64,000 nt of DNA from an uncultured Clostridium sp. (GCA_946497695.1 CAMMLJ010000003.1:19310-83309); one strand, 5' to 3'; positions 20,749 to 31,223 are shown, counted from the stretch's first letter. Translations and numbers: made by a program. Notes: generated from the sequence alone by a model not told the origin.

Positions 20749-20776
20749 TGTAATATTGTCGTAATATTATTGTAAT
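20749..20776. promoter_or_regulatory. three direct repeats at 11-bp period (OmpR/WalR-type box)
   Basis: TGTAAT-N5-CGTAAT-N5-TGTAAT. Confidence 0.45.
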
Positions 20777-20777
20777 A

Positions 20778-21350
20778 TTATTTCATTATACCTGATATTG
20801 CTATCTTTTCTATTTCTTTATACATTGATTGGATATCTATATTTTTTTCGGTTTTTAGTTTGTATATTAAACATGAACTGGTAAGACTAAATATCTCGGA
20901 AGCGATAATTTCTGGAGACCTATCTATAATTTCTCCTTTTGCTATTCCTTCCCTAACGATTTTTTCTACTATATTTAAATATTCAAACACATATTGTCTG
21001 CTTCTTTTATTTCTTTCTTCTTTGCCCCACATTTGACTAAGAATAATTGTAATTAGACTCTCATATTTTACTATTACTTTAATTTGAATTAAAATAATAG
21101 CTCGTATTTTATCTATGTAACTTGAAACTTTATCTGTCTTTATTTGGATACTATTTTTTAAAAGTTTCATTCCTTCTTCTACTAAGAAATTGAATATTTC
21201 TTCTTTACTAGAAAAGTGATAATACAAAGTTCCCTTTGCTACTCCTACAGTTGCAGTTATTTCCTCTATACTTGTAGCTTCATATCCCTTATCTGCAAAT
21301 AATTGCATAGCTGTCTCAAATATTTTTCTTTTTGTCTTATTCATTAACAT
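20778..21350 (-). CDS. TetR/AcrR family regulator
   Basis: IFETAMQLFADKGYEATSIEEI...GVAKGTLYYHFSSKEEI. Confidence 0.93.
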   Translation of the reverse strand: MLMNKTKRKIFETAMQLFADKGYEATSIEEITATVGVAKGTLYYHFSSKEEIFNFLVEEGMKLLKNSIQIKTDKVSSYIDKIRAIILIQIKVIVKYESLITIILSQMWGKEERNKRSRQYVFEYLNIVEKIVREGIAKGEIIDRSPEIIASEIFSLTSSCLIYKLKTEKNIDIQSMYKEIEKIAISGIMK

Positions 21351-21453
21351 ATCTCCTATTTCTTTTGAATTTTAATATAAAGAAATTTCTAATTTTAGTC
21401 CATCTACTTACTTTAACAACTAAATAAAATTTATTTGGATCTCTTTCTTCCAT
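21337..21453 (-). CDS. 38-aa small basic protein overlapping TetR start
   Basis: AAAGGAG RBS; MEERDPNKFYLVVKVSRWTKIRNFFILKFKRNRRYVNE. Confidence 0.5.
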   Translation of the reverse strand: MEERDPNKFYLVVKVSRWTKIRNFFILKFKRNRRYVNE

Positions 21454-21507
21454 TGCTTTCTCCTTTGTATAAGTTCTTTTTTAGTTTACTATAATTCTTC
21501 TTTTTTA

Positions 21508-22812
21508 TCAATACACTTCTTCTAATTTTCCAATTAAATCTATACCCTCTTCGCCTATAATTTTAGCTGTAACTATTTTATTTTGCAAATTTTCTGCATT
21601 TTCTTTAATTTTTACCATTATATAATTCGTAGTATGCCCTTTATAATATCCATCCTCAAATTCTTCTATTAACACTTTTAAGTTAGTGTTAATATATCTT
21701 TTATTTTGATCTTTTTCATTTTTATCAGATAACTCTATTAATTTTCTACTTCTTTCTTCTTTTATATTACCATCAACTTGATTAGGCATTTTCTCTGCTT
21801 TTGTTCCATGTCTTGGTGAATATTTAAATACATGCATTTTATAAAAAAAGATATTTTTTAAGAACTCATAAGTAGTATTAAATTCTTCATCCGTTTCTCC
21901 AGGAAATCCAACAATTATATCTGTAGTTAGTGCAACATTTGGATATGCCTTTCTTAATAATTCAGTTGCTTTTTTAAATTCTGTGGTAGTATAATGCCTA
22001 TTCATTCTTTTTAAAGTTGCATCACATCCACTTTGCAATGATAAATGAAAATGATCACAAATTTTATCTAATTTGCTTAATCTATTAATAAAATCTTCTG
22101 TAATTAATGTTGGCTCTAATGAGCTTAAACGAATTCTTTCTATTCCTGCTATCTTATTTAATTCTTCTAATAAATCTATTAAACCAATATCTTCTTCTAA
22201 ATCTTTTCCGTATGATGCAACATGAATTCCTGTAACTACAATTTCTTTAATTCCTTTTTTAGCTAATTCTGTTACTTCTTTTTTTACATTTTCTATCTTC
22301 CTACTACGTATACGTCCTCTTGCATACGGAATTATACAATATGTACAAAATTGATTACATCCATCTTGGACTTTTATTGCTACTCTATTTTTGTCTGTAT
22401 AATTCACACTTCCAAAATCGACAAATTCTTTTTGATGCATTACATCTGATATATGTTCTTGTGGCTTTTTATTGGCTAATGCCTCTTCTACATATTTAAC
22501 TATTTCTGTCTTTTCACTTATACCTAATATTAAATCTATATCTTTTATCTCTTCTAATTTATCTGCTGCTACTTGTGCATAGCAACCTACTGCAACTACA
22601 ATCGCATCTAGATTTAACTGTTTTGTTCTTCTAATCATTTGTCTTGACTTTTTATCTGAAATGCTAGTTACTGTACAAGTATTTATTACATAAACATCTG
22701 CTTTTTCAGAAAATTCAACTAATTCATAGCCATTTTCTAAGAAAGCTTGAATCATTCCATTTGTTTCATATTGATTTACTTTACACCCTAATGTATAAAA
22801 TGCTACTTTCAT
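21508..22812 (-). CDS. mtaB: tRNA t6A37 methylthiotransferase MtaB
   Basis: TLGCKVNQYET, NTCTVT, QDGCNQFCTYC, HLSLQSG. Confidence 0.95.
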   Translation of the reverse strand: MKVAFYTLGCKVNQYETNGMIQAFLENGYELVEFSEKADVYVINTCTVTSISDKKSRQMIRRTKQLNLDAIVVAVGCYAQVAADKLEEIKDIDLILGISEKTEIVKYVEEALANKKPQEHISDVMHQKEFVDFGSVNYTDKNRVAIKVQDGCNQFCTYCIIPYARGRIRSRKIENVKKEVTELAKKGIKEIVVTGIHVASYGKDLEEDIGLIDLLEELNKIAGIERIRLSSLEPTLITEDFINRLSKLDKICDHFHLSLQSGCDATLKRMNRHYTTTEFKKATELLRKAYPNVALTTDIIVGFPGETDEEFNTTYEFLKNIFFYKMHVFKYSPRHGTKAEKMPNQVDGNIKEERSRKLIELSDKNEKDQNKRYINTNLKVLIEEFEDGYYKGHTTNYIMVKIKENAENLQNKIVTAKIIGEEGIDLIGKLEEVY

Positions 22813-22872
22813 TTTCCTTCCTCTCTCTTACATTTAATCGCTATTATATCAGTAAAATTCATTTTTTTCAAC

Positions 22873-23036
22873 AGGGAAATAAGAACAGGGAAATGGGGAC
22901 GTTCTTTTTTTCCCTAATAAAAAAACAGGCTATTTTAATCCACTATAAAATAGCCTACGTTAAAATCCTGGATTTATCCGGGATTTTAACAACGTCCCCA
23001 AATCCCTGCCTGTCAAATCCCTGTCCAAATCCCTGT
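22873..23036. repeat. cluster of REP-like repeats: type A (+, 22887-22915), type B (-, 22979-23007), truncated copies, central hairpins
   Basis: AGGGAAATGGGGACGTTCTTTTTTTCCCT and AGGGATTTGGGGACGTTGTTAAAATCCCG plus two AGGGATTTG stubs. Confidence 0.85.
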
Positions 23037-23039
23037 CTT

Positions 23040-24887
23040 CTATTTTCTAAATATTCTTAAAGCATTTAATACTGTAAGTAATGTAACTCCTGTATCAGCT
23101 AATACTGCAAGCCATATTGGTGCTGTTCCAAATAAGCCTACAATTAACACAACAAGTTTTGCAAGTAATGAAAATGTTATATTAAATTTTACTATCCTCA
23201 TTGTTTTTTTAGCAATTCTTATTATTGTTGGTAAGATTGAAATGTCGTTAGATATTAAGATTCCATCAGCTGTGCTATTTGCAATTTCTGAGCCTGTTCC
23301 CATGCTCATTCCAAAATCGGCTGTTGCAATTACTGGACTATCATTAATTCCATCCCCTAAAAATGTTACTTTCTTCTTATTTGCTTGTAATTCTCTTACT
23401 TTGTTTAATTTTTCTTGTGGTAATAATTCTGCATATACTTTTGATATTTTTAATTTATCTGCAATATTCTTAGCAGCCTTTTTATTGTCACCTGTTAATA
23501 TTGCAACATCTTTTACTCCTGCCTCTTTTAAATTATCTACTATATTTTCTACATTTTCTCTTAATTCTTCTTTTAATGTTATATATCCTACAATTTGTTT
23601 GTCTACTGCAAGTGTAATAGTATTATCAACATATTCTGCTGTATTTACATCGTATTTTTCCATTAGTTTCTTATTTCCAAATAAAATTTCTTTTCCGTTT
23701 ATAATCCCATATAAACCATGTCCAGAATATTCTATATAATCTTTTACTTCTAATTTTTCTATGTCTTTTTTATAGTTTGCAACTGCTGTTGCAATAGGAT
23801 GATTAGATAAACTTTCTATACTGTAAATATATTCTAACATTTCATTTTCTGAAATTTTTGTTGCTTCTAATTTATCTATAACCATTTTTCCTGTAGTTAA
23901 TGTTCCTGTCTTGTCAAACGCAATTATATCTGTTTTTGATAAATTTTCTATATGTTTTGTTCCTTTTATAATCATTCCTTTTTTAGAAATCGCGCCTATA
24001 CAAGAGAAAAATGATAATGGTATAGAAATTACTAAACTACATGGGCAAGATGCTACTAAGAAGAACAATGCTAAGTCTATCCACTTATCCATACTTGCAC
24101 CTAATATTAATGGAATTATTACTAATAAAACTGCAATTGCTATCACAATAGGTGTATATATTTTAGAAAATTTAGTAATAAACTTTTCTGTCTTTCCTTT
24201 ATTAGTAGTTGCTTCATATACTAAATCAATTATTTGTGAAGCCATAGAATCTTTATATTCTTTTTCTGCTTTAATATAAATTGCACTATTTAAATTTATA
24301 CTTCCAGAAATAACTTCATTATTCTTTTCTGCTTTAACAGGTTTGCTCTCTCCTGTAATTGGTGATGTATCTATTTGAGATGTACCAGCTGTAACTATTC
24401 CGTCAACAGGAATTTTTTCACCAGGTTTTACAAGTAAGATGTCACCTATTTTTACATCCTCTACTTTAACAACATTTACAGTATCTCCATCAACTAAATT
24501 AGCATTATTAGCTTTAATTTTAGTTATATCTTCTATGTTTTTATTAGATCTAGCTTCCGCAAATTCTTCTAAGAATTCGCCTAATTTAAATAATAATACA
24601 ACCAAACAACTCTCTGGATAATCACCTTTTATAAATGCTCCAATTATAGCTATTGTCATTAATGTACTCTCTTCGAAATTAAACTTAACTAAATTTTTTA
24701 TTCCTTCTATTAATAAATCATAACCTGCAAATAATACTGCTACTAAATATATCCAAATTTTATATGATGTTAAAGCCGGAATAAATCCAATACCAAATAG
24801 AACTAATGAAAGTATATAAAAAACTATTTTGCTTTTATTTTTTTCCTTAACTTCACATTCTTCATGATTATGACTACAACATGCCAT
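23040..24887 (-). CDS. heavy-metal (Zn/Cd/Co) P1B-type ATPase
   Basis: TGES, SCPC, DKTGTLT, HP, GDGINDSP; short Cys/His N-terminus. Confidence 0.95.
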   Translation of the reverse strand: MACCSHNHEECEVKEKNKSKIVFYILSLVLFGIGFIPALTSYKIWIYLVAVLFAGYDLLIEGIKNLVKFNFEESTLMTIAIIGAFIKGDYPESCLVVLLFKLGEFLEEFAEARSNKNIEDITKIKANNANLVDGDTVNVVKVEDVKIGDILLVKPGEKIPVDGIVTAGTSQIDTSPITGESKPVKAEKNNEVISGSINLNSAIYIKAEKEYKDSMASQIIDLVYEATTNKGKTEKFITKFSKIYTPIVIAIAVLLVIIPLILGASMDKWIDLALFFLVASCPCSLVISIPLSFFSCIGAISKKGMIIKGTKHIENLSKTDIIAFDKTGTLTTGKMVIDKLEATKISENEMLEYIYSIESLSNHPIATAVANYKKDIEKLEVKDYIEYSGHGLYGIINGKEILFGNKKLMEKYDVNTAEYVDNTITLAVDKQIVGYITLKEELRENVENIVDNLKEAGVKDVAILTGDNKKAAKNIADKLKISKVYAELLPQEKLNKVRELQANKKKVTFLGDGINDSPVIATADFGMSMGTGSEIANSTADGILISNDISILPTIIRIAKKTMRIVKFNITFSLLAKLVVLIVGLFGTAPIWLAVLADTGVTLLTVLNALRIFRK

Positions 24888-25254
24888 GCTTTTCTTCCTC
24901 CTCTAAAATATGATCTAATGCCATTTGTATAATAAGTTCTATGTGCTCATCATCTAAACTATAAAAGATTTGTTTTCCTTCTCTTCTAAATTTTACTAAT
25001 TTACTATTTCTTAAAAGCTGTAATTGATGAGAAACTTGTGATTGATTTAACCCTAGTAATTCGCATAAATCACACACACATAATTCTTCTTTTAATAAAC
25101 TACAAATTATTTTTAATCTAGTTTCATCTGAAAATAGTTTAAACATATTAGATAATTTTTGATATTCATTAGCCTTTGGTTCTAATGATTTAACATTGTT
25201 TATTTTATTTAAATGTGGACAGTTTTCTGCACACACTAATTTTTCTTCTTCCAT
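24874..25254 (-). CDS. ArsR/SmtB metal-sensing repressor
   Basis: TRLKII, ELCVCDL, VSHQLQLLR, YSLDDEH. Confidence 0.93.
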   Translation of the reverse strand: MEEEKLVCAENCPHLNKINNVKSLEPKANEYQKLSNMFKLFSDETRLKIICSLLKEELCVCDLCELLGLNQSQVSHQLQLLRNSKLVKFRREGKQIFYSLDDEHIELIIQMALDHILEEEEKHGML

Positions 25255-25270
25255 TTTTACCTCCTCCTAT

Positions 25271-25312
25271 ATCATATGAACATCTTTTCATATGATTACT
25301 TGTTCATATGAT
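25271..25312. promoter_or_regulatory. SmtB/CadC-type operator (overlapping inverted repeats)
   Basis: ATCATATGAA-CATCTT-TTCATATGAT and TCATATGA-TTACTTGT-TCATATGA just upstream of the ArsR gene. Confidence 0.75.
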
Positions 25313-25359
25313 AAATCAAAAAAAATAATCTGTCAAGATATAACAGATTATTTTTTTAA

Positions 25360-25923
25360 TTATTCTTCATCTTTTTTTGTTTCTTCAGAAGCTTCTTCTT
25401 TAACTTCTTCTTTAACTGGCTCTTCAGTTTTTGGAGCTTCTTCAGTTTTAACTTCTTCTACTGGTGTAGCTTCTGTTTCAACTGTTTTAGCTTCTTCTAC
25501 TGGAGCTTCAACTTTTTCTTCTACTACTGGTTCTTCTTCTATAGCTGCTTTTACTGTAATTTCTTTATCTTCAATTCTTGCACCAATTTGTTCTTTAGTC
25601 TTAGCAGCTTTACCAACTCTGTCTCTTAAGTAGTATAATTTAGCTCTTCTTGCTCTACCTACTCTTACTAATTCTACTTTTTCTACTAATGGTGAATGAA
25701 TTAAGAATGTTTTTTCTACACCAACACCAGAAGCTATTCTTCTAACTGTGAATGTAGCATTTAGTCCTCCACCTTGTTTTTTAATAATAATTCCTTCAAA
25801 TACTTGGATTCTTTCTCTGTTTCCTTCTTTTATTCTTTGGTGAACTCTTACAGTATTTCCAACCTTAAGAACTGGTATCTTCTCTTTTAGATGCTCATGC
25901 TCTATTGATTTAATGATATCCAT
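25360..25923 (-). CDS. rplS: 50S ribosomal protein L19 with acidic C-terminal extension
   Basis: [29 protein letters not shown]. Confidence 0.97.
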   Translation of the reverse strand: MDIIKSIEHEHLKEKIPVLKVGNTVRVHQRIKEGNRERIQVFEGIIIKKQGGGLNATFTVRRIASGVGVEKTFLIHSPLVEKVELVRVGRARRAKLYYLRDRVGKAAKTKEQIGARIEDKEITVKAAIEEEPVVEEKVEAPVEEAKTVETEATPVEEVKTEEAPKTEEPVKEEVKEEASEETKKDEE

Positions 25924-26657
25924 TATTTACTTCCTCCTTCTTTTAAATTTTTATATTCACTTAACATTTTTTGTTCTTTATCAGATAATTCAATTTCCTT
26001 TAATAAATCTGGTCTTTTTAAATATGTATTTATTATTGACTGGTCTCTTCGCCATTCCTTAATATTTTCATGATGTCCAGAAAGCAATACTTCTGGAACT
26101 CTTTTACCTAAAAATACTTCTGGCCTAGTATATTGTGGATATTCTAGCAAACCATTTGTAAAAGATTCTTCTTGTACAGAATCCTCTTTTAAAACTCCTT
26201 CTACATATCTACTAACACTATCTATCAAAACCATTGCTGGTAGTTCCCCACCAGTTAATACATAATCACCTATCGAAATTTCCTCATCTACGATTTCATC
26301 AATTACTCTTTGGTCAATACCTTCATAATGTCCACAAAGTAATATGATATTTTCTTCTTTAGCTAAATCTTGTACCATTTGTTGATTTAAAGTCTTGCCC
26401 TGTGGTGACATATATATAACTTTAGCATTTGGTTCTTTAACAAAACAATATGCATCATATACAACTGTTGGTTCCATAACCATTCCAGCACCACCACCAT
26501 AAGGAGTATCATCTACTTTTTTATGCCTATTTTTAGAAAAATCTCTAATATTTATTAAATTAATATCTATTAGTCCTTTTTCTTTGCCTCTCCCAATAAT
26601 ACTTTCATCTAATGCTGAAAACATTTCTGGAAAAAGAGTTAAAACATTAAATTTCAT
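25923..26657 (-). CDS. trmD: tRNA (m1G37) methyltransferase
   Basis: [32 protein letters not shown]. Confidence 0.98.
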   Translation of the reverse strand: MKFNVLTLFPEMFSALDESIIGRGKEKGLIDINLINIRDFSKNRHKKVDDTPYGGGAGMVMEPTVVYDAYCFVKEPNAKVIYMSPQGKTLNQQMVQDLAKEENIILLCGHYEGIDQRVIDEIVDEEISIGDYVLTGGELPAMVLIDSVSRYVEGVLKEDSVQEESFTNGLLEYPQYTRPEVFLGKRVPEVLLSGHHENIKEWRRDQSIINTYLKRPDLLKEIELSDKEQKMLSEYKNLKEGGSK

Positions 26658-26665
26658 TCTTCCTC

Positions 26666-27169
26666 CTATATTAAACCTGGAATAAGATTAATTATCATTT
26701 TCTTATTTTTTAAATCAACTTCTTTTACAACATCTGCTATAGTGGGAATTAATATTTGTTTTCCGAGATTGTCTTTTACTACATATACATCATTACTACC
26801 AGTTGGAAATACGTCTTCTATTTTACCTAAATATTCATTTTTATCTGTATAAACATCAAGACCTATTAAATCTACAATATAATATGTATCTTCTCCTAAG
26901 TCTTCTTGACTTTCTTTTTCTGTTTTCAAATAAAAATTTCTATATTTTTCGGCTTCTTCTATAGAATCTATTCCCTCAAGTTTTAGTAAGACTTGATTTT
27001 TATTATATCTTACCTGTTCTATTTTGATTTTTTTAAGTTCATTTTTTAATTGTATATATACATACTTTAAATCTTCAAATTTGCCAATATCATCTGTAAA
27101 AGGATTTACTTTTACAACACCTTTTAAACCATTTGTATTAACAATTTGTCCAATCTCTATATATTCCAT
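26666..27169 (-). CDS. rimM: 16S rRNA processing protein RimM
   Basis: IGQIVNTNGLKG, DLIGL, TGSNDVY; operon context. Confidence 0.95.
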   Translation of the reverse strand: MEYIEIGQIVNTNGLKGVVKVNPFTDDIGKFEDLKYVYIQLKNELKKIKIEQVRYNKNQVLLKLEGIDSIEEAEKYRNFYLKTEKESQEDLGEDTYYIVDLIGLDVYTDKNEYLGKIEDVFPTGSNDVYVVKDNLGKQILIPTIADVVKEVDLKNKKMIINLIPGLI

Positions 27170-27180
27170 ATTAACCCCTT

Positions 27181-27411
27181 TTAGTTAATGAATTCAATTG
27201 TAACTTTTTTGTTTTCTTTTGATGCTACAGATTTCATTATAGCTCTAACTGCTCTTGCTACTCTACCTTGTTTTCCTATAACTTTACCCATATCATCTTC
27301 AGCAACTTTTACTTCGTATACAACTGATTTTTCACCATTTAATTCTTTTATAGATACTGCATCAGCATTATCTACTAAATTTTTTATCATTATTTCTAAA
27401 ACTTCTTTCAT
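27181..27411 (-). CDS. khpA: KH-domain RNA-binding protein KhpA
   Basis: DMGKVIGKQGR; between rpsP and rimM. Confidence 0.93.
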   Translation of the reverse strand: MKEVLEIMIKNLVDNADAVSIKELNGEKSVVYEVKVAEDDMGKVIGKQGRVARAVRAIMKSVASKENKKVTIEFIN

Positions 27412-27429
27412 TTGTTTATCCTCCTGTCA

Positions 27430-27669
27430 TTAATCCTTGTTTGCTAAGTCTATTAATTTTTTAACTGTATCTGTAGGTTTTGCTCCATTTTTAATCCATG
27501 TTGCAACAGCTTCTTTGTCTAAAACTATTGTTGATGGTTTTGTCATTGGGTCATATGTTCCTACTTTAGCTATAACTTTTCCATCTCTTGGACTTCTAGA
27601 GTCTGCTACTACTATATGATAAAAAGGTGCTTTTTTCTTTCCTTCTCTTTGTAGTCTTATTTTTACCAT
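27430..27669 (-). CDS. rpsP: 30S ribosomal protein S16
   Basis: MVKIRL...[16 protein letters not shown]. Confidence 0.98.
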   Translation of the reverse strand: MVKIRLQREGKKKAPFYHIVVADSRSPRDGKVIAKVGTYDPMTKPSTIVLDKEAVATWIKNGAKPTDTVKKLIDLANKD

Positions 27670-27722
27670 TTATTTCACCTCCTAAAAATCTAAGTAATCT
27701 ATTATTAATTATTATTAATAAT

Positions 27723-29072
27723 CTACATTTTAAAATCTTTTAAGTCATTCATATTTAAGTTTTTCATCATGTTCCTCATTCCTTTACCTGACTTAATTTT
27801 TTTCATCATTTTTTGTGTTGTTTCGAATGAAGTCATGAATCTATTAATTTCTTGTACTGATGTTCCACTACCATTTGCAATTCTTTTTCTTCTACTTGCA
27901 TTTAAAAGTTTTGGATTTCTTCTTTCTCCAGTTGTCATTGAACAAATAATAGCTTCTATTTTATCAAATTCTTTATCATCTACTTTAATATTTTTTAGTT
28001 GATTCATTCCCGGAATCATTTTTAATAAAGATGAGAAAGAACCCATTTTCTTTACTTGTCTTAGTTGTGCTAAATAATCATTTAAATCGAAACTTTGCTT
28101 TCTTAATTGTTCTTCCATTTTCTTAGCTTCTTCTTCGCTAAATGATTCTTCAGCTTTTTCTATTATAGAAAGTACATCTCCCATTCCTAAAATTCTTGAT
28201 GCCATTCTGTCTGGATGGAATGGTTCTATGTCACTTAATTTTTCTCCTGTTGCTATATATTTTATTGGTTTGCCTGTTACTTTTTTTACTGATAATGCTG
28301 CACCACCACGTGTATCACCATCTAACTTAGTTAAGATTATTCCATCTATTCCTACTTTTTCGTTAAATGTTGTTGCCACATTTACAGCATCTTGACCTGT
28401 CATACTATCTACTACTAATAAGATTTCTTGTGGTCTTACATTTTGTTTTATATTTTGTAATTCTTGCATTAAGTCTTCATCTATTTGAAGTCTACCTGCA
28501 GTATCTAGTATTATTACATCATTTAGTTTTTTTATTGCTTCGTCTATTGATCTTTTAGCTATATTTACTACATTTTTAGAAGTTTCATCACTAAATACTG
28601 GAATGTTTAATTGTTTACCAACAACTTGAAGTTGTTTTATAGCTGCTGGTCTGTATACATCACATGCAACCAATAGTGGTTTTTTTCCTTGTTTTCTTAA
28701 CACATTTGCAAGCTTACCTGCTGTTGTTGTTTTACCAGAACCTTGCAAACCTATTAACATTATTACAGTTGGAGCATTTGGTAAAAATGTAATTTTACTT
28801 TCTGTTCCTCCTAATAGTTCTACTAATTCGTCTTTAACTATTTTTATAACTTGTTGGCCAGGCGTTAAAGATTTTAAAACATCTTGACCTAAAGCTTTTT
28901 CTTGGATTACAGCTATAAATTCTTTTACTATTTTATAGTTAACATCTGCCTCTAGTAATGCAAGCTTAACTTCTCTTAACATATCTTTTAAATCAGCTTC
29001 TGTAACCCTTACTTTTCCTTTAAATTTATTTGTTATACTTTGTAATTTAGAAGATAATCCTTCGAAAGCCAT
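27723..29072 (-). CDS. ffh: signal recognition particle protein
   Basis: ALLEADV, GLQGSGKTT, DTAGR, RRKRIANGSG. Confidence 0.98.
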   Translation of the reverse strand: MAFEGLSSKLQSITNKFKGKVRVTEADLKDMLREVKLALLEADVNYKIVKEFIAVIQEKALGQDVLKSLTPGQQVIKIVKDELVELLGGTESKITFLPNAPTVIMLIGLQGSGKTTTAGKLANVLRKQGKKPLLVACDVYRPAAIKQLQVVGKQLNIPVFSDETSKNVVNIAKRSIDEAIKKLNDVIILDTAGRLQIDEDLMQELQNIKQNVRPQEILLVVDSMTGQDAVNVATTFNEKVGIDGIILTKLDGDTRGGAALSVKKVTGKPIKYIATGEKLSDIEPFHPDRMASRILGMGDVLSIIEKAEESFSEEEAKKMEEQLRKQSFDLNDYLAQLRQVKKMGSFSSLLKMIPGMNQLKNIKVDDKEFDKIEAIICSMTTGERRNPKLLNASRRKRIANGSGTSVQEINRFMTSFETTQKMMKKIKSGKGMRNMMKNLNMNDLKDFKM

Positions 29073-29087
29073 TATTTTCTCCTTACC

Positions 29088-29423
29088 TTAAATTAATTTT
29101 TTTAAGTCTTTTTTTATTGATTCTAGTGTTTTCTTATCTTTTATATTTAAACTATCTAATCTAGAAATAATACTATTAACTAGTTCTTCTTGTTTTTGCA
29201 TTTTCTTCATAAGACCTAATTTGTTTTCTAAATCATATAATTTTGTTTCCCCACTTTTTATATTATCTCTTACTGCTTGCCTTGTAATATTATAATTTTC
29301 TGCAATTTCTGATAAAGAAAAATCATTGTTATAATATTCATCTAATATCTCGAATTGTTTTTCAGTTAAAGTATTTTTATAAATCTGAGATAATATACTT
29401 ATTTCTATGTTTTTTTCCATCAT
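29088..29423 (-). CDS. ylxM: YlxM-family SRP-associated protein
   Basis: LTEKQ..YY..DFSLSEIAE..ITRQAV; upstream of ffh. Confidence 0.9.
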   Translation of the reverse strand: MMEKNIEISILSQIYKNTLTEKQFEILDEYYNNDFSLSEIAENYNITRQAVRDNIKSGETKLYDLENKLGLMKKMQKQEELVNSIISRLDSLNIKDKKTLESIKKDLKKLI

Positions 29424-29500
29424 TACACCTTCTCTTTTTGTAATGCTATTATACTTTACACTATTTTAGTGTAAATGTCAAGAGCTTTACAGCAAAAAAA

Positions 29501-29558
29501 TCGGGATTTAAGGAACGTCCCCAAAATCCCGATTTGGAAAAAACGTCCTCAAAACCCC
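29501..29558 (-). repeat. REP-like repeat type B (29501-29532) plus decayed copy
   Basis: TCGGGATTTTGGGGACGTTCCTTAAATCCCGA followed by T-tract; upstream GGGGTTTTGAGGACGTTT. Confidence 0.9.
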
Positions 29559-29565
29559 AAAATTT

Positions 29566-29955
29566 CTAAAACAAATTCCTTATTAATAAACTTTCTTTAT
29601 CTTCTATATGATTTATCACATACACACAGTCATCAAGTTGTGGTACAGCTTGGTTATATTCTTCTACATCTATATTTCCTTTAATTAATGTTAGTTGTCT
29701 TGCTACTTTTTCTAATTCGTTATGTTCTATATAACAAGATAACAGGTTTAATTTTGAATTCCATTCTTGTTCTACTTTTGTTATTTCGTCATTTATTTTA
29801 TTTACATCTTTATCTTCTTTTAACATTTCATTTCTTAAATTTCCTAAACTGTCATTTATACTAAAAAAAACTTTTTTAGTATAATTATTACTTAGTAAAT
29901 CCATACTAATTATTAAAATAACTACTAAAATGCACACAATAATCTCTTTATACAT
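29566..29955 (-). CDS. DUF4363 family protein
   Basis: N-terminal TM, W....L...IEHNELE; paired with DUF421 gene. Confidence 0.8.
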   Translation of the reverse strand: MYKEIIVCILVVILIISMDLLSNNYTKKVFFSINDSLGNLRNEMLKEDKDVNKINDEITKVEQEWNSKLNLLSCYIEHNELEKVARQLTLIKGNIDVEEYNQAVPQLDDCVYVINHIEDKESLLIRNLF

Positions 29956-30634
29956 TTTTGTTTTTCCTTTCTTTTGCTTGGCAGAAAAATTGCCCTTCTC
30001 CATCTATTGTTACTACCAAAGCATCTTTAGATTTTATTTTGAATTTAGCCACTTGTTTTTCTAACCATTTTTCATCTTTTCCTAATTTTCTTAAATTTTC
30101 TTTCATAATTACACCATCTATAACTAAATCATAAGAAATTCCTTCATATTCAGGTTCTAAATTAAAATCTTTTACTACCACATTTCTCTTTTCTGCTTTT
30201 GGAATAACAGTTATTTGCCCACTTGTTTCTAATATTGCATACTCTACATCTCCAATATTAAAAATGTTGTTTGAACGTAATCTTTCTTCTAATTCATTTA
30301 TAGTAAACCTTTCTTTTTTTAATATTTTTTCATCAATTCTTCCTCTGTAAATTAAAATAGATGGTTTACCACATATTATCTCTCTAAATTTCAGACTTTT
30401 CATATTAAGAACCGAAATTATCAAATGCATTACAAGTAAACCTAAAATAGGAATCAAACCATTTAATATAGGTATTCCAACATCAGACATAGGAATTGAC
30501 GCTAAATCTGCAATCATTATAGAAATAGCAAGTTCAAATGGCTGTAATTGTCCTATTTCACGTTTTCCCATTAACCTCATAACTAATAAAACAAATATGT
30601 ATATAATTATGGCTCTAAAAAAATTTGATAACAT
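29948..30634 (-). CDS. DUF421/YetF family membrane protein
   Basis: RLMGKREIGQLQPFE, AILETSGQITV. Confidence 0.92.
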   Translation of the reverse strand: MLSNFFRAIIIYIFVLLVMRLMGKREIGQLQPFELAISIMIADLASIPMSDVGIPILNGLIPILGLLVMHLIISVLNMKSLKFREIICGKPSILIYRGRIDEKILKKERFTINELEERLRSNNIFNIGDVEYAILETSGQITVIPKAEKRNVVVKDFNLEPEYEGISYDLVIDGVIMKENLRKLGKDEKWLEKQVAKFKIKSKDALVVTIDGEGQFFCQAKERKNKNV

Positions 30635-30758
30635 AATATCACCTACTTAGATTTTCAATTTTATTATGCCATTTTTTATTTTTTTTATACATTTTGAATA
30701 ATTATTTAACTTGTGTAAATAATACTATTATGAAACCAATTTAAGGAGGTTTTATATT

Positions 30759-31136
30759 ATGGCTGATAGTCAAATGAATGTAAAAGGAAATTCAACAACA
30801 AGTACCATGGGACAAATACTATGGAGATTAGTAACATCTGCTGTAGTTCTAGCTATAACTGCTTTTTTCACTCCTGGTTTCTCTATTAATAATCTTTGGA
30901 CATTAGCTATTGCTGCTATAGTTCTTTCTATTATGGACTATATAATTACTAAATTTACTGGTTTACATGCTAGTAGCTTTGGTAGAGGTATTGTCGGTTT
31001 CGCACTTGCAGTAGCCACTTTATATGCTACACAATTTTTCGTTGCAGGTTATACAATATCTTGGATGGCAGCAATAATTGGTGCTTTAATTTATGGAGTT
31101 GTAGATTATTTTATTCCAGGTACTCAAAGTGTATAA
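30759..31136 (+). CDS. 4-TM phage-holin-4/YvlD-like membrane protein
   Basis: TAFFTPGFSI, GRGIVGF, AAIIGALIYG; AAGGAGG RBS. Confidence 0.75.
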   Translation: MADSQMNVKGNSTTSTMGQILWRLVTSAVVLAITAFFTPGFSINNLWTLAIAAIVLSIMDYIITKFTGLHASSFGRGIVGFALAVATLYATQFFVAGYTISWMAAIIGALIYGVVDYFIPGTQSV

Positions 31137-31181
31137 TTCTAGGATAATTTAATTTAGCATATATTCTGGCAATTATATTTA

Positions 31182-31223
31182 GAGCAAAAAAGAACAAGGT
31201 ATCATCCTTGCTCTTTTTTGCTT
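31182..31223. terminator. bidirectional terminator
   Basis: AGCAAAAAAGAACAAGG-TATCAT-CCTTGCTCTTTTTTGCT. Confidence 0.75.

Noticed and set aside
22761-23060. ORFs crossing repeat clusters (also 29475-29684, 43861-44226, 43992-44204)
   Set aside because: Translations of the REP-like repeats and antisense frames; no RBS
30759-31136. Holin as evidence of a prophage
   Set aside because: YvlD-like chromosomal family; no endolysin or other phage genes nearby
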